DNA of 57,390 bases from Bdellovibrionales bacterium RIFOXYD12_FULL_39_22 (GTDB taxonomy: Bacteria > Bdellovibrionota > Bacteriovoracia > Bacteriovoracales > Bacteriovoracaceae): assembly GCA_001770205.1 (NCBI GenBank), contig MEQL01000008.1:1-57390 (forward strand), in the 5' to 3' direction. The number at the start of each line of letters is the position of its first letter. The first letter of the stretch is position 1. A program made the position numbers and the translations under genes. The notes below the pieces were generated by a model, which saw only the letters and a list, made by a program, of their open reading frames with translations, was not told where the DNA came from and did no database searches. This document shows, in pieces, positions 40,001-49,527 of the stretch.

Positions 40001-41298
40001 TTTCGGCCTCTAATCAAACAACCCTTACCGCGCTGTCTGCGGGGACCTCTTCGATAGTGGCCAGCGGAACTTTAGGTAGTGTCACTAGTAGTGCCATTGT
40101 GGTGGCCGCTCCTACACAGATTTATCGCTCAGTAGGCAGTACTGGTGAAGTAGCAAATGGTTCAATCGCTTCGATAGCATTAGCTATTAGCAACTCGCAG
40201 GCCTTCGCCACAACCTCTCTTCCAGAAGGCATCTCTCCTGGAGACGTTTTAGTTTTTGATTCTGATGATGACGCAGAAGTAGATAGTCTAGCAATTATTG
40301 AGGCCATTTCTGACAATACCTCTTTGGCCTTATCCACTGCAGACGGAGCGGAGATAGCTTCAGAGCTTAGTATGAATTCCTCTGAAAGTTGGTCTATTTA
40401 TCGCGCCTACACCTCTCTAGCACAGGCAGAACGAGGTGCCGAAAATAGCGCAATAGCTACGGCCCTTGCAGCAGCGGCCGCGCTGGCCAACTTTGATACT
40501 TTCAACGATGCTACAGCGCAAGACTTAGTGGCCAGTTATCAGGAATGGAATTTGTTGTGTCAAGATAACTCCTCACTAGTGGACACTACCCCACTTGTAG
40601 TTGCTGGCTGGACAACTGGCCCTTATCATCACCTAAAAATTAGCTCTCCGCAAAAAAATTATACTCTGCAGGCCACCACCCGGATAGAGACAAACTATAG
40701 TGAAATGCGCGGACTGAAGTTAGAAGTCGACTCTACTGGGCCGGCCATCATCTACAGCAGCAGCACTCCCTCTGGTGAAATTACTTTTGTCGGCAATATT
40801 CTCTCCTCTAAAACCAGTGGATCGCTGGCCTTGGGATTGACAATTGAAACCGAGCAGGTGGTGGCAAGAATTAACAATAATATTTTTTATAATATTGTAG
40901 GAAGTGGAGTTGCGATAAATACCAGCTCGACAGAAAATGATAGTTTTGTCCACCTTGCAAATAACACCCTTTTTGATGTTGGAGCACTCGGAAATAGTGT
41001 GGCCCAATCAGACTACGTACAGTTGGCCACTTCTTATAACCTTTTAGTAAATAGCGGAGGCCTTGATGCCGATAGTGAAAATTCTAACGTCAGCTCTGCA
41101 GACAGTTCAATTTTTGTTGATGCGGCCAATAAAGATTTTCACCTAGATCCTTCGGCCAACGCGGCCATTGATATCATTCCCATCAACGTAGTAACCGCTA
41201 ATCCATCAATCGACTACCTGCAAGACATCGATGGAGAAAATCGTCCATCCAATACTGGAGCTTTGTGGGATGTCGGCGCCGATGAGATAGTTGAGTAA
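37096..41298 (+). CDS. Large Ig-like-repeat surface lipoprotein (adhesin-like)
   Basis: Lipobox AVSC; repeated F...P...AG...D..N...G.A.F..L.I units; C-terminal DFHL..AID..DIDG..RP..DVGADE. Confidence 0.85.
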   Translation: MARRCSIIFLQLLLLLATLIFAVSCKEAAKYEVAEIFPWNGEVVFSAPPPSQVKAGDAILSTITIQDEKGVIITDSDDELIIRCIDSSTLQDLAICQGPRTVRAASGVVKLQFIIKEVISGVLLEVTPSKMEKAKVLSTPFDIVPNDPVKLKFIQPPTEQQADVIFSPAVSVGVYDAYDNLVDVDDAKMKISFSSDGTPAGCEAAVISGSEKLSVDGIATFEELKIDLRCDGYKVFVREIENYLSGLAIDTSTTFNIPHGVPDHISFSGQPADETPSDQAISGIKVALRDSAENIVTLFSGSFTMNIDTDPTGNSILSGTRVKKATRGEAIFSDLKIDNMAEGFKLIATGYNETMNAVSDSFNIIAGSPYKLAFANSPTSDVQAGSVIAEQIAVKILDVNGNPASATNAITIAFPNNTPSGTLTSTAVAGTAFFSGISLTRASATQTITASATGLVSKTSSPFEIYHRAGPLHIEFSTTNLGTAYLGNPVASFSIRLHDQYHNPAIYLNSSATVSLISQPDPPPSQLSWTTSFVDGEARFGNIYIDKPFEYYTFAATTTEASSTSTSVTRGPLRIRPGTATKIAIATAPSPTEIAGETISSIKIEARDSSNFLNTTTTGTINVRIKAGTGNSGTLLGTTSRALAGGAATFSDLKINQASWQVEGASPYTLEFYDSATLYAVINTSLEIKHSSADHIDFITTASDITAGVEISPQIAIQDLYHNLVSSGTSATANISLALVSSTASASLEGTAEAMASAGLANFLGQNITILKSALTNTLVATCELCTNHSASSNSFSVYPATASKIVIESAIGSAYSTPSTFNNATLTAGDTITLYAISRDSNDNYVASVNANWGLTSINGSLSTSTGTSTSFTAKWYGTTTIEADYGALEDSTGIISVNPGAATHVTIETAPAANGTATNPLPASTTMHFDDSLTLYAAARDNFENYVSSLSVNWSLTAQDVGGLNPLSASNQTTLTALSAGTSSIVASGTLGSVTSSAIVVAAPTQIYRSVGSTGEVANGSIASIALAISNSQAFATTSLPEGISPGDVLVFDSDDDAEVDSLAIIEAISDNTSLALSTADGAEIASELSMNSSESWSIYRAYTSLAQAERGAENSAIATALAAAAALANFDTFNDATAQDLVASYQEWNLLCQDNSSLVDTTPLVVAGWTTGPYHHLKISSPQKNYTLQATTRIETNYSEMRGLKLEVDSTGPAIIYSSSTPSGEITFVGNILSSKTSGSLALGLTIETEQVVARINNNIFYNIVGSGVAINTSSTENDSFVHLANNTLFDVGALGNSVAQSDYVQLATSYNLLVNSGGLDADSENSNVSSADSSIFVDAANKDFHLDPSANAAIDIIPINVVTANPSIDYLQDIDGENRPSNTGALWDVGADEIVE

Positions 41299-41366
41299 AA
41301 ACCTATAGCGAGAATAGACAGCAAATCAAAAAACTTCTTTTTTTCATACCGTATAATTGTTATCAT

Positions 41367-42842
41367 TTGAGTATGCATTTTTTTTCCATCCACTTCATTA
41401 CTGCCTTGACGATAATAATTTTAATTTCTCCATCAGCGAATGGTTCTATCAAAGAATCTATCGAAATATATAACAATGAAAAATTGTCCAGCGTAGAAAA
41501 AAATCGACGCATAACTTTAGAACTAATCAAAGCGCATTTTTACTATTCGGCCACCACCTTTGCTAAAGAATATTTATCCGAGACTCTCTCCATTGATCCT
41601 GAATTCGAAGAGACTTTACAATTTTTACTACTCTCCACCGGAATGGATTCTTTTGCCAATATTGATCTAGAGGCCATGCAAAAATTAAACTCTCCCACCA
41701 TCAACTTAATCGTTAGCTACCGCCTGTTTAATAAAAAACAATATCAACAGGCGGAAAAATATCTACAACTAATCCCCGAGCGGCACATTTTTTATCCTGA
41801 AGCAGAATTCATGAGGGGCGTTATTTTTGATGTAACAGATAAGTCCGAGGAGTCCTTAAAAAAATATGAGAGTTGTAAAAACTTCTCAAAAAAATGGATT
41901 GGCCGCGCCTATACCAGAGAACAGTCAAAGTTTTTTGAAAAACTAAATTATAGCTGCATTATTCATTTGGCCCGTGCGCACTATAAGAAAAAAAATTTCA
42001 AACTAGCACTAAAAACCTATCAACTTATTCCTAAACGTAACTATCAATGGCCCTATCTGTTAATCGAACAGGCCTGGGCCAACTACTACCTGCAAGATTA
42101 TAATCGTGCCTTAGGTCTACTGGTTACCTATAGGGCCCCTCTGCTTGAAAGTTATATCTTACCGGGAGCGGATACTTTATCTGTACTTTCTTATTATCGC
42201 CTCTGCCTATGGAATGATGCGGCCGCCTTGATTGAACGCTACCAGCGCGAGTTTGCCCCCAAAAGTCAGGCCCTGCAAAATTTATTAAATAGTCAGAAAA
42301 ATTCCGATAGCTATTTTTTTGATCTAATTACTAAAGAGATGAGTGTCGCTGCCAAAGAATTATACGTTAACAAACTGGCCATCCAAATTAGTAAAAAAAT
42401 CAAGTTTCAAACCGACTACAAGGCCTATCAAAAAGCGCAAGTAGAATTAAATTTCGTGGCCAATAAAACTAATTCTGCTTTTTTTAGATTTATTAAAGAA
42501 CGATTAGATGATGAGGTTAATTTTAGAAAAACGGCCCTCAATCATTTTGTAAAAAAACAACTTTTCCAATTTGTAAATGACATCCACAAATACGCTTATG
42601 AGATGTTTAGTATCAAATTAAATATAATGTCCAAGCGCCGTGACCTGGTCTATGAAGACAAAAAATTAATTTCTGATCGCAGTCGTGGTAGTTTTGAAAA
42701 TCTGCATCGTGAATCCAATCAGTATTTTTGGGATTTTCGCGGTGAGTTTTTTGCCGATGAGTTAGGAGATTACTCTTTTGGATTGAAATCTAACTGTACG
42801 GCCATAGATAATGAAGAGGCAAGGCCTCGCCGAAGGCGGTAA
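41367..42842 (+). CDS. TPR protein resembling gliding-motility GltC
   Basis: Signal peptide, TPR helices, E.AW..Y...YNRALG.L, C-terminal WDFRGEFFADELGDY....SNC. Start may be ATG 41373. Confidence 0.7.
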   Translation: MSMHFFSIHFITALTIIILISPSANGSIKESIEIYNNEKLSSVEKNRRITLELIKAHFYYSATTFAKEYLSETLSIDPEFEETLQFLLLSTGMDSFANIDLEAMQKLNSPTINLIVSYRLFNKKQYQQAEKYLQLIPERHIFYPEAEFMRGVIFDVTDKSEESLKKYESCKNFSKKWIGRAYTREQSKFFEKLNYSCIIHLARAHYKKKNFKLALKTYQLIPKRNYQWPYLLIEQAWANYYLQDYNRALGLLVTYRAPLLESYILPGADTLSVLSYYRLCLWNDAAALIERYQREFAPKSQALQNLLNSQKNSDSYFFDLITKEMSVAAKELYVNKLAIQISKKIKFQTDYKAYQKAQVELNFVANKTNSAFFRFIKERLDDEVNFRKTALNHFVKKQLFQFVNDIHKYAYEMFSIKLNIMSKRRDLVYEDKKLISDRSRGSFENLHRESNQYFWDFRGEFFADELGDYSFGLKSNCTAIDNEEARPRRRR

Positions 42843-42848
42843 ATAGTC

Positions 42849-43118
42849 ATGAAAATGAAGCTATTATTTTTCATTGTTTTATTTTGGGCCTCCGTGGCAC
42901 AAGAAAGTGGCAATAACAGCAGTAACAAGCAGAAAATAATTTATAAATACAACACTCATGAAATGATTGATTTAGGTAATCTGGAAATTAAAGGAACTAT
43001 TTTAGCTCCTGGGGATATCTCCGTTAAAGAACGCGCGCGAAAAACAGTTCAGCAAAAACTTCTAGATATGCCCGATTTTGACCGCGAGTCAGTCGAGGAT
43101 GTGCAAAATCTCCGGTAA
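42849..43118 (+). CDS. Small secreted protein resembling CglF/GltF
   Basis: Signal peptide; IIYK....IDL..LEI.G....P........L....F.......NL pattern recalled from CglF. Confidence 0.65.
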   Translation: MKMKLLFFIVLFWASVAQESGNNSSNKQKIIYKYNTHEMIDLGNLEIKGTILAPGDISVKERARKTVQQKLLDMPDFDRESVEDVQNLR

Positions 43119-43158
43119 CAAATAAAGGTGGTAGAGGTACGCCTTCCCCCAACACCTT

Positions 43159-45327
43159 TTACTTATGACGTTTTTCTATATCATCTTTAGATCTCAAAAC
43201 ATGTGATAAAGCGCCATTGACTACTCTGGAGCTCTCTTTAGAAAAAAGCTTGCCTCCAATTTTTAACTGCATGTTTTCCACATCTAAAATCTCTACCTGT
43301 TCCGGATCGTTCCAACTTGCGATAAAGTTCTCTTCAAAGTTACCAACCACTTCCTCATCAAAAATTTGCGCTCCAAACTCTCGAAAACTGCCTTGCAAGG
43401 TATCTGGGTTTAAGTTTGAAGATCCACCCAATAAAATCTTCCCATCCACTGAACAAATTTTGCGATGGTTTTCTTGGTGGTACTCTTGCGTTTTTCCATT
43501 AGGAAAAACGGCCGTAAGTCCATAGGTACGCCGAGCACGCAACTCTATCCCATGCTTGTATAGATCACTCATAAAGATGGTATTCGGTAGGCCATTCATA
43601 CCAAAATTCCCATTATGATCAGCTATAATTAAAATTTGCAAATCAGGATTTTGCATCTTGCGCTTAATTAGAGCATCGTTGATATATTTATCGTAGATAA
43701 AAAGTTCTTCCATATAAATATGATCTTCCGCATGGGCAATCATCTCTAGCAAAATATTACGCGCATTTTTAATTCTCCCGTCAACATTCGCTTCTGCCAA
43801 ACGAATAGTTTGATCGCCAACAAAAGGATAATTCGCACGTTTGATTTTAAACCACTCTAAAATGGCCTCTCGACGATCAAGATAGTGATCATTTCCCAAT
43901 CCTACTTCTTTAAAATAAAACCAGGCCCGCTCTTTTTTATCCAAGGTCAAAGCAGCATCTAAATCATCATAGTAAGAGGCCTGCACTAAAGCAGCGCCAG
44001 GCCCTTCAACATAGATAGCATCATCGTAGTAGTACGCCCCACTATGATCGCTCCAGTTCTTAGAGCCAAAATAGGCCGCCGGATGATCGCCATTAGCATC
44101 GATGACAACTACTTTGCTATGATCAATTTTAGATTCATAGTAGGTACTACGTTTTTCCATAAATTTAAAAGTCTCTTCCGTTTTAGGAATAAGATTGGTG
44201 AGACCGAAGGGAATTCCGGGAGGATGTCTTTGAATATTTGCCTGGATCATCATCATACAGGCGGCCACCTCTGGTTCATTTTTAATCCGATCGCGAATAT
44301 AGTGAAAAATTGGCAACATCTCTGGCCGCATATTGTAATCGGTGGCATAGTCATGCAATAAAAGTGTTTTGAAATTAGGATTTCTCTTATTTTTTAGCAG
44401 CGTTTGATCAATTAAATATTCGGCCAATGTGGCCCCCATAGTTCCACCAAAGAGAAAGATATCTATAAAAATAGACTCTTGAGCGGCATCAATCATTTCG
44501 CGAATTTTCATAAAAATAGGATCTTGTTGGAAAGCAATATGGCCTTCGGGATCTTCCGTTGTAGGCATTTTGATATAGGGAAGATCCATATCAAAAATTC
44601 CTCCATTAAAGATAACACGCTTATTAAGCCACTCAATACGTTCCATACTACGATCATTTTTACTAATAAGGTCTACTTTATTTCCAGGAATAAAACCAAA
44701 AGCGCTCAGCGAAAAATCTCCGGCCATTACCACATCATCAGGTAGTGCAAAAGAAATCAATTTTTCCTCGGCCAATTTCGCCACAAATTCCTCATCATTG
44801 GATGTCCTGGCCAGGCCCTCGGCCTTAAGTACAACCAGATCATACATGCGCGCATAGATACTATCTGTCGATAAATCATTTTTTCCAGAAATCACGCTCA
44901 GCGCCTCTTTGGCACTCTCTTTGAGTGAATCTGAATTAGTTGGAGAATCAATCACATCTCGCAAAATTGTTAGTCGATAAAGCATGTAATAGGCCAAAAC
45001 TTGCTGTTCTTTTTGCACATCTTTTTTAATGGCACGCCAATATATGGCCGGCATCAAAATTCTCGTTGTAAGATAGGCATCTAGTTTTTCCACTAACTGT
45101 TCCACTTGTTTTCGTTTGGATTTATCCAGTCCTTCCACCATTTCAAAAAATGACTTTTCAAGAGAATATTCCTTCTGTCCAAAGAGCGCATCATAACTGT
45201 CGAGATAGACTCTCTGTGTTTTTATACGATCAGAGATATCAAACTGAGCAGTCAACGCCCAACTCTGTGATTGCACCGCAACGGCCAATATAACTAAAGT
45301 TAAAACTATTTTAATTCCATTTTTCAT
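43159..45327 (-). CDS. Secreted phospholipase D superfamily protein
   Basis: Signal peptide; two HKD motifs (HSKVVVID...GSKN; HRKICSVD...GSSN). Confidence 0.9.
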   Translation of the reverse strand: MKNGIKIVLTLVILAVAVQSQSWALTAQFDISDRIKTQRVYLDSYDALFGQKEYSLEKSFFEMVEGLDKSKRKQVEQLVEKLDAYLTTRILMPAIYWRAIKKDVQKEQQVLAYYMLYRLTILRDVIDSPTNSDSLKESAKEALSVISGKNDLSTDSIYARMYDLVVLKAEGLARTSNDEEFVAKLAEEKLISFALPDDVVMAGDFSLSAFGFIPGNKVDLISKNDRSMERIEWLNKRVIFNGGIFDMDLPYIKMPTTEDPEGHIAFQQDPIFMKIREMIDAAQESIFIDIFLFGGTMGATLAEYLIDQTLLKNKRNPNFKTLLLHDYATDYNMRPEMLPIFHYIRDRIKNEPEVAACMMMIQANIQRHPPGIPFGLTNLIPKTEETFKFMEKRSTYYESKIDHSKVVVIDANGDHPAAYFGSKNWSDHSGAYYYDDAIYVEGPGAALVQASYYDDLDAALTLDKKERAWFYFKEVGLGNDHYLDRREAILEWFKIKRANYPFVGDQTIRLAEANVDGRIKNARNILLEMIAHAEDHIYMEELFIYDKYINDALIKRKMQNPDLQILIIADHNGNFGMNGLPNTIFMSDLYKHGIELRARRTYGLTAVFPNGKTQEYHQENHRKICSVDGKILLGGSSNLNPDTLQGSFREFGAQIFDEEVVGNFEENFIASWNDPEQVEILDVENMQLKIGGKLFSKESSRVVNGALSHVLRSKDDIEKRHK

Positions 45328-45347
45328 ATAATACCTATCTTGGTTAA

Positions 45348-46649
45348 TCAGTTACCTAAACTGTAAAAGCGAGACAAAAAGAGTTCTTCTACTAACTCTT
45401 TGTTAAAACTTGCAAGCAAAGCATTTTTAACTTTTGACTCAGATCCTCCCCCCAACCAGCTTTTGTTACCGTTATCTGTTAGTGCCGAAAGAGTCAGTTC
45501 TGAGATCTTGTGTTCAGAAAAAGAGTAAACTGCCTTAGAAAGTGCTAGTTTAAATTCTGGCCGATGTAATCCCTTTTTTATCTTTCCTGCCAACACCAGC
45601 TCGGAGGTTTTTAGACTTGCTAAACTAGAAGTTATAATTTTCTTAAAAAAAGAATCTGCAAAAAATTCATTGTCTAGCAACTCGCCGAAAGTTACTTCCA
45701 TTTTATCCGGAGTTGGCGACATGTTTTTTGAATCAAATGTATTGTAAACATCCACCGTCATATAATGCTTACCATTTTTAACAGCGGCCACCAGAGAAGA
45801 AGAAGAAACTGCCATTTCCTCACTTTCATGTTTTATATTAAACGCTGGGCCATTAATTTTATAATATCTCCGAAAACGAATAAAACCTCTGGCCGCCATT
45901 TTCCCGGGAGACATAACTAATCTTCCATCTAAAAGATTCAACCACACGGTGATATTTCCACCTGCATATTGTATCGGCAGCTCCCGATCAGTGGGAGTAT
46001 TTTCATATACTTTTTCCAAAATACTCTTTCTGGGCATCTTCATTTTCTCAAAAAATTTCCCCTTTTCAGACTCTCTTATCAGTTGATTGGAGAAAAACTC
46101 ATTATCAAAAGTTGCCGCTAAATTTTTTTCGGGAACAAACGAGAGATCAATTTGAAAAGTCCCATCATATATTTTAAAGATGGCCAAAGTCTTAATAAAA
46201 TTTTCTGTTAACTCTTTTACAAGTTCTTCTTTGAAAATTTTAAAAAGGGGAGTTTTTCCTTCCCCTTCAACTTCTGCGCTCTCCCCTGCTTCACTTGTCG
46301 CCTTCTCAATTTTCTTTGCAGCTTCACTTTCTTCTGCCTCTACAATTCCTAGAGTTCGAGCAAAAGCGGTGTGAAGGGCAGTCTGAGCACGCTCTTTTAA
46401 AAATGCATTATCCATATTAGTGGTAACTTTTAGCTGCATCTTATGTTCCACGCTTTTGTGGTAGCTATCCGTAACAAAATAATCAGCGGCAACTTTAGGA
46501 TCGAGAAAGGTACTCTCCGAAGCAACTCCTCGCGAGGCAACATCCTTTCCCCAAAAACCCACCATTCCAGAAGGAGGTGATTTTTTAACTACCGCCACAC
46601 TGCAACCAAAAATTATCAATACCCAAGCACTCAAAATAAGCTTCTTCAT
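45348..46649 (-). CDS. Hypothetical lipoprotein
   Basis: GAGGA RBS, lipobox IFGC. Confidence 0.8.
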   Translation of the reverse strand: MKKLILSAWVLIIFGCSVAVVKKSPPSGMVGFWGKDVASRGVASESTFLDPKVAADYFVTDSYHKSVEHKMQLKVTTNMDNAFLKERAQTALHTAFARTLGIVEAEESEAAKKIEKATSEAGESAEVEGEGKTPLFKIFKEELVKELTENFIKTLAIFKIYDGTFQIDLSFVPEKNLAATFDNEFFSNQLIRESEKGKFFEKMKMPRKSILEKVYENTPTDRELPIQYAGGNITVWLNLLDGRLVMSPGKMAARGFIRFRRYYKINGPAFNIKHESEEMAVSSSSLVAAVKNGKHYMTVDVYNTFDSKNMSPTPDKMEVTFGELLDNEFFADSFFKKIITSSLASLKTSELVLAGKIKKGLHRPEFKLALSKAVYSFSEHKISELTLSALTDNGNKSWLGGGSESKVKNALLASFNKELVEELFLSRFYSLGN

Positions 46650-46673
46650 ATATCTTCCTCTAATGGGCCACTC

Positions 46674-48368
46674 TTATTGTTCCCAGTCTACTTGATCGTA
46701 CTTTGTTTCAAGCAACATCTGAAAATTGTAATCTAATTTTTCTCGGAGCATGCTTAAACGTTTTCCATCATGATAGATTAGTGTAGGAAAAAAAAGATCC
46801 CCTTCCACCGCCTTTTTAGCGACATGATCGGGACTTATGGTCTGGCGACCTAAGGCCTTATCTGTTGGCCATTGATATTCATCATCGTAAAAGACCACAT
46901 ATGCCAACTCCGAGCAAACAATTTTCTTATCTGTCTCCACATTGAAATTAAAGTCGTACTCTTTTCCAATTTGCTCAAAAGCATTGACTAAATACTCTTG
47001 CTTTTTTTCAACCGACAATTCTCTTGGCCTAATAACCCCCATATCGTCGATATCTAAAAAATGCTCCAAAGAGTTAATTTGCACCCCGGGACGAAGCGCC
47101 TCTACAATATTATGGCCAGATCTAATGGCCTCTTGAAAAGAAGGCCCACTATATCCGTGCATTTTAACAGCACTGGCGTAAATTTGAGGAAGCAAATCCC
47201 ACACACCTAATGCCTGTAATTCTTCTTCCGTTCCCACCCAAACTGCCACATGGCCCCAATGGCCGGGAATAAATCTATCTGTTAGCCTAAAGGGAGTTTT
47301 TTCTAATAACACATCCAGTGGTTGCAACTTAGATTTAACATCGGCCCGCTCTTGTTCTGACATGTTAAAAAGCTTTCCTGAACGAGACTGCACCATTCCC
47401 ACTGAATTACCAAACAGCTTACTGGCCTCATTCATACCTCCATCACGTATTTTGAAGAAACGATCTCGAATAAGATTTCCACCTGTTTCAACTTTATTCC
47501 ACCACATTGTCCAACGACTAATTTTGCCAATTTCGGAATAAAAATAGCTGCTTTCGACAACAGCGTTTAGATATTCACTATCACCGTCTAACTCTTCTTT
47601 AGTCTTCTTCTCAAATGATCGTATCTCTTTGTAGAGGGTGATGGCCTTATCCACCATATCGTAATTACTAATATCATTGAAACTATCATTTACCTCTTTC
47701 AAATAATCTGGATACTCTCCGTTATCTTGGTTGATTATACGCCTAATTTTTTTCATTTTTTGATACTGCTGCAACACCAACAAATAGTTATCATAAAGTA
47801 GCAGCGCCGAAGAAAGTGCCATTTTAATATTTTTTACATAATCGGCCCCCTCTGGATCTGCAGGATTTATTTTCAAAGATATTCTAGAAGGCAAACTACT
47901 TCCGTCAATCATATCATCACTATACATTGGTTTACTTTTTTTATAAGTCGTTGGCCCATTTCTTATAATCTCCACTTTAGTGCTAGGCCTTACCACCCAA
48001 TTATAAGCTTTAATTAAAGCAAAATGTGCTTCCCGAATCCGCTTATAACTTTCTGTTCCCTTTTCATGCATAATTACCAAATCTTTGTTGGTATAAACTG
48101 CTTGCTCTTCAATTCTTTTATGAAACTCCATCGCTTTCGTGCGCCAGACCAGAGTCTCTTCTACTAGCTCTTGATACTGGCCAAACTTCGTGGATAAATC
48201 TTGATTGGACTTATCAAAAGACTCCGAAGCATCATCGTCAACCGCCTCATCTGCCTCAACTGTTTTACTGTCATCTGTTGATGCCAAAGTACGATCCGAG
48301 GTATGAGAACATGACCAAGAAGAAAATAATAAAACAAACGATAATAAAAATAATAAAATGATTTTCAT
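46674..48368 (-). CDS. Exported permuted papain-like NlpC/P60 (YiiX/YebB) protein
   Basis: LQPLDVLL, GHWGHVAVW (His first), YDFNF, IVCSEL (Cys last), ISPD. Confidence 0.88.
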   Translation of the reverse strand: MKIILLFLLSFVLLFSSWSCSHTSDRTLASTDDSKTVEADEAVDDDASESFDKSNQDLSTKFGQYQELVEETLVWRTKAMEFHKRIEEQAVYTNKDLVIMHEKGTESYKRIREAHFALIKAYNWVVRPSTKVEIIRNGPTTYKKSKPMYSDDMIDGSSLPSRISLKINPADPEGADYVKNIKMALSSALLLYDNYLLVLQQYQKMKKIRRIINQDNGEYPDYLKEVNDSFNDISNYDMVDKAITLYKEIRSFEKKTKEELDGDSEYLNAVVESSYFYSEIGKISRWTMWWNKVETGGNLIRDRFFKIRDGGMNEASKLFGNSVGMVQSRSGKLFNMSEQERADVKSKLQPLDVLLEKTPFRLTDRFIPGHWGHVAVWVGTEEELQALGVWDLLPQIYASAVKMHGYSGPSFQEAIRSGHNIVEALRPGVQINSLEHFLDIDDMGVIRPRELSVEKKQEYLVNAFEQIGKEYDFNFNVETDKKIVCSELAYVVFYDDEYQWPTDKALGRQTISPDHVAKKAVEGDLFFPTLIYHDGKRLSMLREKLDYNFQMLLETKYDQVDWEQ

Positions 48369-48681
48369 ATAAGGGACCTCCTTCCACTTAAGACAACTAT
48401 CGACAAATGAATATTTTTCTTTAACTTGCCGCTAATTGCCACGATAAAAAATGCCCTGTTTATCGCGATACTCTCTCGGGAAGAAAGTTGACGCTTCCGC
48501 TACCCTTAAGAAAATGACTGACATAATTACTAGGCATAATCCTACAAATCTTGAAGATATCAGTGAAATACAGTGAACTCTTTTCATATAAACAGAATAA
48601 CTTAAAATATAAAGTTGCATTTGATCTGTTGTGTTCTATAACCAAAAAACTACTAATGCAAAATTAACAAGGTTAAGTCAC

Positions 48682-49404
48682 ATGATTAAGGTTGTTATAC
48701 TTGAGGATGATGAAAGGGTTGTAAAACTTATAACGATGGGACTTACTACCGAATGTTATCAGGTTGCAAGCTTTACTTCCATTAATGATCTTACCGATAT
48801 GCTGCAAGAGCAAAAGTTTGACGTTTTAATAATGGACAGAATGGTTGGAAAAACTGATGCAATTGGGTGGGTAAAAACAATCAAAAACCTTGCTCCCAGC
48901 ATGAAGATTCTAATTCTTAGCGGCCTATCTGGCTCTATCAACCGAATAAGAGGTCTAGAATCAGGAGCGGACGATTATTTAGAAAAGCCGTTTCAATATC
49001 AAGAACTAAGCCTTCGGTTAAAAAATATTTTAAAAAAATATGGCCATATTTTTGAAACAGTAATTGAATACGAGGACATTATCATTGAACTTGATGGACA
49101 AAAAATGCAACGGGACGGAAAAAATATCACTTTAAGCCCGTATGAATTTAAACTAATGATACTTTTTATGAAAAAACCCAAAAAAATTCATTCCCGTGCA
49201 GAATTACTAGATAGTGTTTGGGGATATTCTAATGGAACAAGTTCTAATGTTGTCGATGTGGCCGTTGCAAAATTACGAAGAAAAATTAATTTTGAAAATC
49301 ACGCACCACTAATTCATTCTCGAAGAGGAAGTGGTTATATTCTATCTGAAATTTCCGTCCACGATCGATACTCTCATCAACAAAACACTTCCCCTTTGTT
49401 ATAA
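48682..49404 (+). CDS. OmpR-family response regulator
   Basis: EDD, D(RM), GADDYLEKPF, winged helix VVDV...LRRK...RGSGY; likely start MIKVV at 48682. Confidence 0.92.
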   Translation: MIKVVILEDDERVVKLITMGLTTECYQVASFTSINDLTDMLQEQKFDVLIMDRMVGKTDAIGWVKTIKNLAPSMKILILSGLSGSINRIRGLESGADDYLEKPFQYQELSLRLKNILKKYGHIFETVIEYEDIIIELDGQKMQRDGKNITLSPYEFKLMILFMKKPKKIHSRAELLDSVWGYSNGTSSNVVDVAVAKLRRKINFENHAPLIHSRRGSGYILSEISVHDRYSHQQNTSPLL

Positions 49405-49527
49405 AAAACATTCTAAAATGAACAATACTTAATTTATCATTGGGTTTTATCATCCCCCAATATGCTAGTCTATGACGACGTTAGGTTTTTTATTTCCAAT
49501 AAAAACTTCAAACAAGTGAGTATCAAG

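Noticed and set aside
43124..43160. AAAGGTG...CACCTTT imperfect hairpin between convergent genes
   Set aside because: Possibly a bidirectional terminator, but the inner stem is poor and no second copy supports a REP call.
48432..48645. Two short minus-strand ORFs in the intergenic gap
   Set aside because: No convincing RBS or protein features; most likely divergent promoter DNA.
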